The notes under the pieces: model-generated
Told to the model about the DNA's origin: nothing
The model's database searches: none
Seen by the model: only the letters and a program-made list of their open reading frames with translations
Assembly: GCA_964446485.1 (NCBI GenBank)
Contig: CAYUOU010000007.1
Coordinates: 7,826-71,825 of the forward strand
Source of the DNA: an uncultured Desulfobacterales bacterium
GTDB taxonomy: Bacteria > Desulfobacterota > Desulfobacteria > Desulfobacterales > JBDRRP01
Direction: 5' to 3'
DNA length: 64,000 bases
Translations under genes and position numbers: made by a program
Part shown: positions 9,158-18,195 of the stretch, piece after piece
How the letters are laid out: each line of letters begins with the position of its first letter
Numbering within the stretch: the stretch's first letter is position 1

Positions 9158-9979
9158 CCCCCTGCAGACGGCCGACATGGCCTGTATCTGATCGGTAAAA
9201 ATCCAGTCGACACCGCGGTTAATTTCACGATACAGCGCACTGGCAGAATTGCTGAATCCGGTGCCCACGCCCTGCCCGCTCCGGTGATGACGACGAACTA
9301 CCCGAGAGGTCATGAGGAGATAGTGGCCGCAAAGGCCGGCAAAGCGTCCTCCGGCAGCCAGGCGGCTGAATGCCGTGACGCGCTCCCGGGCAATGGGAAG
9401 GCAAGCCGCGTCCTGGGCGTGGCCGATGCGGTCCAGCACCCACGGCGACAGGGACAACAGGTGGTAGTCCCGTCCCGGGGCCAATCCGTCAAAACTCGCC
9501 GCCAGCCGCCGGCGCAGCATCTCCGGCACTTCAAACGCCTCGGCTTTGAGCTCCACCATCAGGTGGACCCGTTTCCCATAGCGTTCCGCCAGTTCCCGCA
9601 GCAAGGGGATGTGCGGCCAGCGTGCGCGGATTTCAGCGGCGGTGAGCGCCTCCACACGGACCGGCACTCCAGCCAGCCGTCGAAAATCAGCATCGTGAAA
9701 CACCACCGCCTCACGGTCAAGTGACCAGCGCACATCGCATTCGATCCCCCACGCGCCGGCTGCCACCGCGGCATCGAAGGCCGCAATGGTATTCTCCCAT
9801 ATTCGGCGGTTGTCATAAACCCCTCGATGGGAAATCAGCCGGCAGCGCCGAAGCCGTCGGGGCGCCGGCCGGCGCCGGGGCCAACAGCTTATCAGCGCTT
9901 CACCCAGCCGATTAAAGACGGGTTCCAGACGATCGATGAGTGCCGTTCGCAGTCGGGTATCAGAAGTACACCTTCTCAT
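9143..9979 (-). CDS. Glycerophosphodiester phosphodiesterase (GDPD) family protein
   Basis: ISHRGVYDNRRIWENTIAAFDAAVAAGAWGIECDVRWSLDREAVVFHD matches the GDPD HRG...ENT...E.DV...HD pattern. The start is set at ATG 9979 (MRRCTSDT), which overlaps the upstream ACAD stop by 20 nt. The longer track ORF (to 10321) runs through the ACAD gene. Confidence 0.75.
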   Translation of the reverse strand: MRRCTSDTRLRTALIDRLEPVFNRLGEALISCWPRRRPAPRRLRRCRLISHRGVYDNRRIWENTIAAFDAAVAAGAWGIECDVRWSLDREAVVFHDADFRRLAGVPVRVEALTAAEIRARWPHIPLLRELAERYGKRVHLMVELKAEAFEVPEMLRRRLAASFDGLAPGRDYHLLSLSPWVLDRIGHAQDAACLPIARERVTAFSRLAAGGRFAGLCGHYLLMTSRVVRRHHRSGQGVGTGFSNSASALYREINRGVDWIFTDQIQAMSAVCRGSALC

Positions 9980-11273
9980 CTTCGGCTCCTGCTTCAGCCG
10001 CATCCGCTTCAGGGTCTCGGACGCCTTTCGAGGTTTGGCGGTCAGCCTGCTCTTTGTACCACTCGCCGGCAATGATGGTGGACATGATCTCGTTGGTTCC
10101 GGTCCAGATGGATGCCAGGCGCAGATCCCGGTATATGCGTTCCACCGGGTAAACGTTCGTGTAGCCAATGCCGCCCATGACCTGCATGGCGTTGTGAACC
10201 ACCCGCTGGCAGGATTCGGTGACGAATTTCTTTGTCTCCGAAACCAGGCGCCGGACGCGCCGGGGGGGCGCATCCGAATCCACCGCGCGGCAGGTGGTGT
10301 ACACCATGGCGCGGGAAGCATCCATCAACGTGGCGGCCTCGGCCACTTGGAAACTGACGCCTTGGAATGCGGCGATGGGCTGTCCGAACGCCTTCCGCCG
10401 GGTGGTATAGGCCGTGGCAACATCCAGCGCGGGCCGGGCGGCACCGATGGTCATGGCCGCCGTCCCCAGTCGCTCGGGGATCATCATGGTTTTGAACACC
10501 GCGAATCCGCCGTTGAGGGATCCCAGCAGATTCTCCCGCGGCACCCTCACATCGTCGAACACCAGCCGGCTAGTGCCGCCCCCCCGGCATCCCATCAGAC
10601 CGTACCGATAAGGGGTCTCCACACCGGGGCCGCGTTCCACGATGAAGCAGGAAATCCCTTCGTGGGGCCTGGCATCCGGGTCGGTGCGGGCATAGACAAG
10701 AAAGAAATCGGCCCCCTCCCCCCCCACGATGAACCGCTTCTGACCGCGGATCCGGAAATCATCACCGTCGGCCACCGCAATGCTCGAGGTGCCGAAGAAG
10801 TCGGAGCCGCCCCGCGGTTCGGTGAGGCATTCGGCGGCAAAGCGTTCACCTCGGAGCAGCGGGGCCACAAATGCTTCCCGCTGGGCATCGGTGCCGTGCT
10901 TGATGATGGCGTCGCAGACCAGTTCGGCCCCGACACCGAAGGTGCAGGCGAAAATATATCCCAGGACCCCGACCTCCTCCATGGCCACGCAACTGCTCAC
11001 CCAGTCCATGTCACGACCGCCCCATCGCTCGGAATATCGGCAACCCAGCAGCCCCCGCCGGCCCGCCGATTGAAGAAATGCTTTGGGAAACCGGATTTTC
11101 TCGGCATCCATGTCGAGGATCATCTGAGTGGGGATGGATTTGACGAAATCGCGGAGTGCTTCCCTCCATGCCAGTTGTCGGTCGTTCAGCAAAAAATCAT
11201 ACACGATCCGTCTCCTATCTTTGATTGTAAAACACGCGTTGCCCGAAAATCGCCTATCGCGGCATAGCCGCAA
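9960..11273 (-). CDS. Acyl-CoA dehydrogenase family protein
   Basis: Typical ACAD layout with LTEPRGGSDF and a C-terminal IWTGTNEIMSTIIAGEW. An alternative GTG start at 11204 has GGAGA 6 nt upstream and gives VYDFLLNDRQ, 414 aa. Confidence 0.85.
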   Translation of the reverse strand: MRLCRDRRFSGNACFTIKDRRRIVYDFLLNDRQLAWREALRDFVKSIPTQMILDMDAEKIRFPKAFLQSAGRRGLLGCRYSERWGGRDMDWVSSCVAMEEVGVLGYIFACTFGVGAELVCDAIIKHGTDAQREAFVAPLLRGERFAAECLTEPRGGSDFFGTSSIAVADGDDFRIRGQKRFIVGGEGADFFLVYARTDPDARPHEGISCFIVERGPGVETPYRYGLMGCRGGGTSRLVFDDVRVPRENLLGSLNGGFAVFKTMMIPERLGTAAMTIGAARPALDVATAYTTRRKAFGQPIAAFQGVSFQVAEAATLMDASRAMVYTTCRAVDSDAPPRRVRRLVSETKKFVTESCQRVVHNAMQVMGGIGYTNVYPVERIYRDLRLASIWTGTNEIMSTIIAGEWYKEQADRQTSKGVRDPEADAAEAGAEDEKVYF

Positions 11274-11285
11274 TCAAAGCGGGGT

Positions 11286-14252
11286 CTATGGGGCCATGAC
11301 GACACCGCGTCCGTGGCGCCCGTCGGCCTTGATCAACAGCGGCGCCGCCAGCCGGACAAGGTTCACGTACGGGGTTTCGGCGACGACCGACTGCCCCTCA
11401 AGCCATTGCCAATCCATGATGTCGTCAGTACCCTCTGTGATGGTGAAGTAGAAAACCCCCCGGTGGGTCAGCTCCTGAAAAAAATGAGAGCCGTTGCTGG
11501 CGTCGGCTTTGATCTGTTCATTGCGGATTTCGATCATGGCGCGCACGCCATCGATGTCCTGCCATCGCACCGGGATACCGAGCCAGCGATCGGCCGATCC
11601 CCATCGGCCGGGACCGGCGACCAGATAGGGGCGTCCCGCGGCCTTCAATTGGGTGTTGAATTGACCGATGGCAGCGGCCATGGCCGTCGTTTCAGATGGG
11701 TCAAAGCGATCCCGCCGGACGTACACAATATCAGCGACGTCATCGACGACACCATTGCCCAGGCACCGGTTGGCGTACCAGCGGGCGGTCTTCCGGTCTT
11801 CGTCGCCCACATGGATATCGGCATGGGACGCCGTAGCCGCCAGCGGCCGTATCTGGAGCAGGTAAAAGGCATCCGGTCGATCCGGCTCAGGGGTGAGGTC
11901 CAGGCTGAACTCGAATTCCACATCACACCCCATACCTTTTCTACCCAAATCCATGAGATCGTATAGCAGATCGCACAACGGGGGGCGGCCATACTTTAAC
12001 ATCGATGAAAAGGTCAGAACAGGGTACCCGCCCGGGAGCGCCGCGTCACGCAGCCGTTGCTCATCCGGAAGGTAGGTGCTTGAAAATGTCTTCACGGGGA
12101 ACTCGTCCGCCGCCGTATCCACTTCCCGCGTTACCAGGGCGTTTTCCGGTGACACCGGCGCGCCCTCCGCGGTGAGGCGCAACGCCAGAAAGCGACGCTG
12201 GGCATTGGCCAGAATATCTTCAACCGCCGAAAACTGCGGCATCACGGAGGGGTGTTGCGGACAAAACCGCATCGCCTGATGTGCCCCTTCCAAGGCGATG
12301 CCCATACCCAGTGTCAGGCGAACGATCCCGTCCTCCGGGCGCATTGGCCCCACAGGGTAGTAATTCCACGATCTGGCGACGCCGGATAGCGCCGGGTAGT
12401 AGTAATCGCCGATGGTCTGGCCCGCCAGGGACTGGATGATAACGGCCATGCTGTCGCGGCGGGCCCGCAGAGCCGTGCTGTCGGTAAAGGTGCGAGGGCT
12501 GATAAAGTAAGCCGAGGCGAAGACGCCCTTGATGGCAGTGGTAAGGGCCAGCAGGCGAGCGTTGTGCGAAGGGTGATTGTTGGGAAGTAAAAAGGTTTTG
12601 AAGAGCCCGGTATAAGGGTGGTGATAAGCATCCTCAAGAAGACTCGAGGATCGCACGGCCAGCGGGCAGGTGGTTTTCTCAACGAAAACGGCCAAATGCT
12701 TCGTGAGGTCGTCGGAGAGTCCCCCTGCGAGAAACTGCCGGGTAATGGCCGCGTCGTCCAGTCCTTCGGTTCGATCGGCGCCGATCCCATTCATTTCGGT
12801 GAACGTTTCAAAGACGTCTGTGGCCAGCACCATGGTGTGGGGCACACGGATATCGATGCTTGGAAATCGCGCGTCGATCGAGGCATCCTTTTGCAGAAGA
12901 TTGGCAAAAAAAGCCAACCCCCTGGCCTTTCCACCCAGGGAGCCGCCGCCGATTTTGACGAAATCAACCACGTTGGCGTCGTAGGTGCGGGGGTTGAACT
13001 GGGCCACCACGCCTTTTTGCCGGTTCCGCCGGAGGGTGCGGATACTGCGGATCAAAAACGTCCTCAACCCTGCGGCACCCTCAAAATCATCCACGGTGAG
13101 CCGGCTCATGAAAGAAGCCAGGGAGATCTCCGAGCGGGCCATGAACCAGTTGGAAAAGCGGTTTCTGCGGGCTTGGTAGAGAATAGGCTCATCGGGTATG
13201 CGCGGCAGCAGGGCTTCCAGGTCGGCAAAGGTGGCCGCCCGGCCGATTTCCACCCCCTCGGCACTGCGGAAGACAAAGTCCCCGAATCCCAGAAATTCCA
13301 GAAAAAAGCGGCGAATCTCCTCTGCCAGCCGGGGACTGTTCTTGTCCACGAACTGCACGCCGAGGGCCTCCGCAGCAGCCCGATTCTCCGTTTCCGAGCT
13401 CATGAGCAGCAGTGGCATGTGGGGGATTTCGGCCTTGACAGCCCGCAGCAGCTGTATGCCTGCATCGGCGGATATTCGACCGCATTTGGGAAACCGGGTG
13501 TCGGACATGATACCGAAAACATAGGGCTTGAACTTCTGGAAAATGGCCAACGCCTGCTCGTGACTGTCGGCAACGAGAATCTTCGGGCGAGCACGCATCT
13601 TCAGCAAGCGGTGCTCATCGTTGAGGGAGTCGCTGATGACCGCCTGCGTCTGGCGGACTACTGCTTTGTAAATCAGCGGCAAAAAGAAAGATCGGTACTC
13701 GGGGGAGTCTTCCACCAGAATCAGCACCCTGACGCCGGCGCAACGGGTATCCGCGGTGACGTTCAGCCGGTCTTCAGCGTTTTTCACCAGAGCCAGCAGC
13801 AGATCGCTGTCGCCGGACCAGATCATCGTCTGATCGATGCTGTGATCATCGGCTGTTCCGGTGGGCAAGCTGTGCCCCCCGTGGGAAAGCAGTACGACAG
13901 GGGTTTGTTGATCGTAGGCCTTCACCGCCGCCCCCAGCGCATGCGGGGACATGCCGGTGAGGTTGGGCATGACGATCACCAGATCGAAGCGTTTCCTTTT
14001 TAGGACTTCCAGGGCGGCCTGCCCCCCCGCCGCGTGGGTCAGCCGGGGCGGGCGGCTCAAATTGAGCCCGCTGTATTCGTGGATGATTTTAGCAGCCAAG
14101 CTGCCGTCCTCCTCCAGGATATAGGCATCGTAGGGATTAGCCACCAGAAGGATGTCCAGAATCTTTAAAGCCATCAATTCGTGGTAGGTGCTAAACCGCG
14201 TATCCAGGTTTCGAAGACTGTCTGCTTCAAGCGGGGTCATTCGATCGGTCAT
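11286..14252 (-). CDS. Two receiver-like domains fused to a PEP/pyruvate-binding (PPDK_N, ATP-grasp) domain
   Basis: IGGGSLGGKARGLAFFANLL (PPDK_N signature) is encoded around 12901-12960. The N-terminus holds two CheY-like blocks. No obvious GG.TSHAAI swivel-His motif was seen. Confidence 0.75.
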   Translation of the reverse strand: MTDRMTPLEADSLRNLDTRFSTYHELMALKILDILLVANPYDAYILEEDGSLAAKIIHEYSGLNLSRPPRLTHAAGGQAALEVLKRKRFDLVIVMPNLTGMSPHALGAAVKAYDQQTPVVLLSHGGHSLPTGTADDHSIDQTMIWSGDSDLLLALVKNAEDRLNVTADTRCAGVRVLILVEDSPEYRSFFLPLIYKAVVRQTQAVISDSLNDEHRLLKMRARPKILVADSHEQALAIFQKFKPYVFGIMSDTRFPKCGRISADAGIQLLRAVKAEIPHMPLLLMSSETENRAAAEALGVQFVDKNSPRLAEEIRRFFLEFLGFGDFVFRSAEGVEIGRAATFADLEALLPRIPDEPILYQARRNRFSNWFMARSEISLASFMSRLTVDDFEGAAGLRTFLIRSIRTLRRNRQKGVVAQFNPRTYDANVVDFVKIGGGSLGGKARGLAFFANLLQKDASIDARFPSIDIRVPHTMVLATDVFETFTEMNGIGADRTEGLDDAAITRQFLAGGLSDDLTKHLAVFVEKTTCPLAVRSSSLLEDAYHHPYTGLFKTFLLPNNHPSHNARLLALTTAIKGVFASAYFISPRTFTDSTALRARRDSMAVIIQSLAGQTIGDYYYPALSGVARSWNYYPVGPMRPEDGIVRLTLGMGIALEGAHQAMRFCPQHPSVMPQFSAVEDILANAQRRFLALRLTAEGAPVSPENALVTREVDTAADEFPVKTFSSTYLPDEQRLRDAALPGGYPVLTFSSMLKYGRPPLCDLLYDLMDLGRKGMGCDVEFEFSLDLTPEPDRPDAFYLLQIRPLAATASHADIHVGDEDRKTARWYANRCLGNGVVDDVADIVYVRRDRFDPSETTAMAAAIGQFNTQLKAAGRPYLVAGPGRWGSADRWLGIPVRWQDIDGVRAMIEIRNEQIKADASNGSHFFQELTHRGVFYFTITEGTDDIMDWQWLEGQSVVAETPYVNLVRLAAPLLIKADGRHGRGVVMAP

Positions 14253-14352
14253 GACGCCTAGCCTCCCATCGGGGCAGGTGCGGGCTCAAAATCGACAAGC
14301 CCAGGATGACGTAAACGCTGATTTCAGGGTTTTTACAGGCCTGTCAAAATTG

Positions 14353-14499
14353 ATGAAACGGTAAAAAGTAGCAAAAAGGACGATTTCGTAACATGTTCGA
14401 GATACGGCGTGCGAATCCTGAGGAATGCGGCGTACTTACAGTACGCCGCCATGACGAAGGATGACGCGTAACGCAGATATCGGACTTTTTACGGAACCG
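14353..14499 (+). mobile_element. MITE-like element, copy A (147 bp), flanked by a perfect 9-bp direct duplication TCAAAATTG
   Basis: TCAAAATTG occurs at 14344-14352 and again at 14500-14508. Sub-terminal inverted repeats are ACGGTAAAAAGT and ACTTTTTACGG. There is an internal 9-10 bp stem palindrome GCGGCGTAC-ttaca-GTACGCCGC at 14427-14449. Copy A differs from copy B at 4 of 147 positions. Confidence 0.75.
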
Positions 14500-14541
14500 T
14501 CAAAATTGGGGCGCAGGCTGACCGCCGTCACCCATCGGCGG

Positions 14542-16140
14542 CTATGGGGCGGCCTGCCCGGAACGGGGCTTTCGCTGCCGCCATCGGGCGCGCACCCGTG
14601 CCACCCCCTGGGAGATCTCCGAGACGCCTGCCAGTCTTGCCCCGATGACGAGCAGCAACAGATAGGCCGATGAAACGACACCGGCCACCATCATGCTGTG
14701 TAGCTTACCCTGAACCGGGCTGTCGGTCCACAGGGCCTGTTTCCCACACCAGACGAGCCCCCCGATAACGATGCCCACGACGGTCAGCCTGGCAAATGAC
14801 CGAACGACGTCACCGGCGCCGTCGTTGCTGCTTCGGCGATTCCACAACAGGTAGAGCAACCCCACCTGAAGCCATGCCGACAAGGCAATGGCTGTCGCCA
14901 CACCGGCCACCCCGAACCACCGCAAGCCGATGATATAAATCGGCAGGCTGGCCGCAACGGCAAGGCTGCCGAAAAGTGATGGAAACAGGGTGTCTTGCAT
15001 CGCGTAATATCCACGCACCACCACCGTCTGTGAAGCGAACGCCACGGCGCCGATAAGCAGCCACGGCAGGGTGTCGGCGGTGATACTGACGGCCGCGGCA
15101 TCGAAGCGCCCCTGCTGGAACAGCATCACCACCACCTCATGGCGAAGCACCATGAGCAGGATGGACACAGGAACCAACAGCGCCAAATACCTGAGGGATT
15201 GGTTCAGCAGATCGTTCATTTCAGAGATCCGATTCTCAGCCGCCAGCCGGGACATGAAGGGGAAGGCGGCGACACCGATGGCCTGGCCGAAGATACCCAC
15301 CAGCATGAAGACCACGCGAAGCCCGTAATTGAGGGCGGCAATACTGCCCGGGGGTAGAAATGAGCCGAAAAATTTGAGGAATACTTCAGTTGAGAACGTC
15401 ATGGTCAACCCGACGATTAGGGGCAGGCTCACCAGGATGTACCGCCGAAAATCAGGATGGCACAGGGAAAACCGCGGGCGCAACCGCATCCCCATGCGAC
15501 GGGCCCCCACCCACTGAATTGCCAAATTGCCGACAAGCGCCCCGCCAAGCACCCCCCATGCAAACCCCACCATCCCCCATCGGGGCCCCAATAGAAGACC
15601 GCCGGCAATGATCCCGGCATTGTAGACCAGTGGAGCGAGCGCTGGAATGAAAAAGGACGCATTGGCATATTGCACCGCCATGAGTAGACCGCCGGCAAAG
15701 AAAAAGACCTGAGCGGGTAGAATAATCCGGGTCATCGTCACGGCCAGATCGCGCACCGCCGCATCCTTCATACCAGGGGCAAGGAGCGCCACCAGTTGCG
15801 GTGCGGCGAGCCATGCAGCGAAGGTCAGTATGCATAGCACGCCGCCGAAAACGACCATGATGTCGGAAAACACCTGCCAGCCTTGGTCCATGTCGTCACT
15901 GGCGAGATACTTGGCAAAAATGGGAATGAAGGTGATGCTGAGAAAGCCGCTGGCTGCGACATGATTGAGGATCTCAGGGAGGATAAACGCCACCTGGTAG
16001 GCGTCCACGGCAGCCGTGGCGCCGCCGATATAGGCGATGGCCATTTCTCTGAACAGACCGATGACGCGGCTGAGAAAAACCGACGCCATCATGATCATGG
16101 CCGCCACGCCGACCCTTGTCCCCACGGATGGTTGCGTCAT
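14542..16140 (-). CDS. murJ: Lipid II flippase MurJ (MviN)
   Basis: MASVFLSRVIGLFREMAIAYIGGATAAVDAYQVAFILPEILNHV plus about 14 TM segments. The start is set at ATG 16140 (MTQPSVG). The track ORF extends to 16227. Confidence 0.85.
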   Translation of the reverse strand: MTQPSVGTRVGVAAMIMMASVFLSRVIGLFREMAIAYIGGATAAVDAYQVAFILPEILNHVAASGFLSITFIPIFAKYLASDDMDQGWQVFSDIMVVFGGVLCILTFAAWLAAPQLVALLAPGMKDAAVRDLAVTMTRIILPAQVFFFAGGLLMAVQYANASFFIPALAPLVYNAGIIAGGLLLGPRWGMVGFAWGVLGGALVGNLAIQWVGARRMGMRLRPRFSLCHPDFRRYILVSLPLIVGLTMTFSTEVFLKFFGSFLPPGSIAALNYGLRVVFMLVGIFGQAIGVAAFPFMSRLAAENRISEMNDLLNQSLRYLALLVPVSILLMVLRHEVVVMLFQQGRFDAAAVSITADTLPWLLIGAVAFASQTVVVRGYYAMQDTLFPSLFGSLAVAASLPIYIIGLRWFGVAGVATAIALSAWLQVGLLYLLWNRRSSNDGAGDVVRSFARLTVVGIVIGGLVWCGKQALWTDSPVQGKLHSMMVAGVVSSAYLLLLVIGARLAGVSEISQGVARVRARWRQRKPRSGQAAP

Positions 16141-16269
16141 TGACCGACTGTTAACAGAAAAAATGCGCAGAAGCAAAACAGGAAGGGTGAGTGGCAGCGG
16201 GATAGCGGTGGGAATGAATCCTTGCAAGGCCGATTGCGGCCAACAGGAAGAAATGTGAATGGGGGGGGA

Positions 16270-16428
16270 CTATCTTGCCGGCGATTTGTCCCTATACGCG
16301 CGCTCCAACAGCAGGCGGTCGGCGATGGGCCGGCGGTGATGGGTGCCACCGAACAGCGATCGGATCACGCGTGCGTCAACAACCCACCCGAATCCCAAGT
16401 GTTCGAAGAAAACGATGTCTTCTCTCAT
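16270..16428 (-). CDS. Candidate 52-aa small ORF upstream of murJ (below the ORF-track size cutoff)
   Basis: My translation is MREDIVFFEHLGFGWVVDARVIRSLFGGTHHRRPIADRLLLERAYRDKSPAR. A strong SD (AAGGAG) sits 7 nt upstream of the ATG. No family recognised. Confidence 0.35.
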   Translation of the reverse strand: MREDIVFFEHLGFGWVVDARVIRSLFGGTHHRRPIADRLLLERAYRDKSPAR

Positions 16429-16447
16429 GGTGTGACTCCTTTTGTGA

Positions 16448-16594
16448 CGGTTCCGTAAAAAGTCCGATATCTGCGTTACGCGTCATCCTTCGTCATGGCG
16501 GCGTACTGTAAGTACTCCGCATTTTTCAGGATTCGCAAGCCGTATCTCGAACATGTTACGAAATCGTCCTTTTTGCTACTTTTTACCGTTTCAT
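16448..16594 (-). mobile_element. MITE-like element, copy B (147 bp, inverted relative to A), flanked by a perfect 9-bp duplication CTTTTGTGA
   Basis: CTTTTGTGA occurs at 16439-16447 and at 16595-16603. The reverse complement aligns end to end with copy A with 4 mismatches. Confidence 0.75.
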
Positions 16595-16762
16595 CTTTTG
16601 TGATGGCCCCGGCGTTCAACACTGCCGACGCCCACGGCCTTGTTAATTATTGTATCGCCATGTGGTTTCGGATCTTTAGCCAAAAGTTCGTCTTGAGGCA
16701 GCCGCGGGAGCATCCGCCGCGACAGTGCCGGGGTGATTGGCGCCGCCTGGATCGGTTGCTGA

Positions 16763-17197
16763 TTAGACATCGCGCTGCGCGAAAATGATGGTGACTTGAT
16801 TGGCGTCGCCACAACGCGCGTAGCTGACATCTTCGGAGAGATGCTTCACGATAAACACCCCGAGCCCACCCACAGTGCGCGCATCGATGTCATCACCGAT
16901 ATTGGGCGGCGGCAGCGCCAGGGGATCAAACGGCGGACCCCGGTCGATAAATGTCATCACCACGCGACCGGCGTTATCGGCATGGCACCCCACCGTCACC
17001 TCACCACCGCCCCCAGGGTAGGCATAATGGATGATATTGACCAGAAGCTCTTCTGCTACCAGTTCAACAGCCCCCACCCGATCAACGGAAAGCCCACACG
17101 CCGCGGCACGGGCCGAGAGGAAACCAACGGCTTCGGGCAGGTGTTGTAACCTTGCTGGGAATGTGTGTGTGGTCACTGTTGTCACCGTCGTGATCAA
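16763..17197 (-). CDS. RsbW/SpoIIAB-like anti-sigma-factor serine kinase (small GHKL ATPase)
   Basis: ELVAEELLVNIIHYAY (N-box-like), FIDRGPPFDP and TVGGLGVFIVKHL (G-boxes) in a protein of about 140 aa. Its TTG start overlaps the upstream stop (TTGA). Confidence 0.7.
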   Translation of the reverse strand: MITTVTTVTTHTFPARLQHLPEAVGFLSARAAACGLSVDRVGAVELVAEELLVNIIHYAYPGGGGEVTVGCHADNAGRVVMTFIDRGPPFDPLALPPPNIGDDIDARTVGGLGVFIVKHLSEDVSYARCGDANQVTIIFAQRDV

Positions 17198-18195
17198 TAA
17201 TCGGAACGGAAGCTGGCGAATCGCATCGGGGCCTTCACCAAGGGCACGTCCATTTCTCTATGAAACGCCCCCTCCAACCGTTTCACAGCCTCCCGCCGGG
17301 AAGGCCCCAGGTACCCGCGGTATACCGGGTCGTCTTCCGAAACGTGGCGCTCCAAAAGGTAAGTCTCCATGAGCCGAAGTGCCTCGATGGATTTATCGCA
17401 GACCGGGTACCCCTTGTCGTCGAGATAGATGTCATCCCCCCGCTGCACCGGGGAGACATTGTTGATATCCACCAACCTCAGGCAGCCGCTGCGGGTCATG
17501 AGCATGTTTCTGCTGCCGGCCAAATCCGGAATGAACCCCGCTTCCAGAACCATGCGCCGGACGCCGTCCACAAAACGGGCCACTTCGGCACGCAACCGTT
17601 GAAAAAACGCGGTGGGATCCCCCGAGGCGCCATCGCCGATGATGCGCCTGTATAGATCGCCCATCACGTCCACATGCGGCAGTCGCCAGGGAGCCAATTC
17701 GTAGCCCTCTGCATACTCCTGCAGTCCGCAGAGCATCAGGTCGCAGCCGCCGCCGCGGTCGTAGTGAACGATGAATTCTTCTGAGTGCGCCAACTGGGCC
17801 CGGGGAAGAAAGGCTTCGATGATCCGCAGCCGCCGGATTTCCTCCGCCACTTCCAATAGCGAACAAAACCGGCGCCTGAAGACCCTCAGCATTTTAATGG
17901 GAATCGGCCTGGGGTACCAGCGCACCCCTTCCGACACGATCCCTTCAGATTCCAGGCGCACGGCGTCCGGGTCGAGCACCTCCATGATGTGGGACCGCAA
18001 GCCGCATCGGAAGTGGCGCCGAAACACGTACGGGCATCGGCCTCTGATGAAATTGAGGGATAGGATGTCGTCATGGTACAGGCATGCCTGATCACGGACA
18101 TCCATGGCACCCATGGGAAAATCACTTTCTCCGGCGCCGGTCGTCACCTGCGGTGGCAGGCTTACCCAAGCGTCCTCGGCTGTCACGGGACACAT
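17194..18195 (-). CDS. Hypothetical protein with protein-kinase-like motif order (putative atypical kinase)
   Basis: Ordered motifs are PIPIKMLRV (beta3 Lys-like), EVAEEIRRL (alphaC Glu-like), LQEYAEGYEL (hinge-like), IPDLAGSRNML (catalytic-loop D..N-like) and LRLVDINNV (DFG-like). The start is uncertain: 18234, 18195 or 18114. ATG 18195 overlaps the sulP stop by 13 nt. Confidence 0.5.
   Translation of the reverse strand: MCPVTAEDAWVSLPPQVTTGAGESDFPMGAMDVRDQACLYHDDILSLNFIRGRCPYVFRRHFRCGLRSHIMEVLDPDAVRLESEGIVSEGVRWYPRPIPIKMLRVFRRRFCSLLEVAEEIRRLRIIEAFLPRAQLAHSEEFIVHYDRGGGCDLMLCGLQEYAEGYELAPWRLPHVDVMGDLYRRIIGDGASGDPTAFFQRLRAEVARFVDGVRRMVLEAGFIPDLAGSRNMLMTRSGCLRLVDINNVSPVQRGDDIYLDDKGYPVCDKSIEALRLMETYLLERHVSEDDPVYRGYLGPSRREAVKRLEGAFHREMDVPLVKAPMRFASFRSDY

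Noticed and set aside
9980-10321. 5' extension of the GDPD ORF (track ORF 9143-10321).
   Set aside because: The extension runs through the 3' part of the acyl-CoA dehydrogenase gene in another frame and is Pro/Arg/Trp-rich. The GDPD homology begins just after ATG 9979.
9936-14003. Plus-strand ORFs 9936-11267 (443 aa) and 12618-14003 (461 aa).
   Set aside because: They are antisense shadows of the acyl-CoA dehydrogenase and PPDK_N genes, both of which have family motifs.
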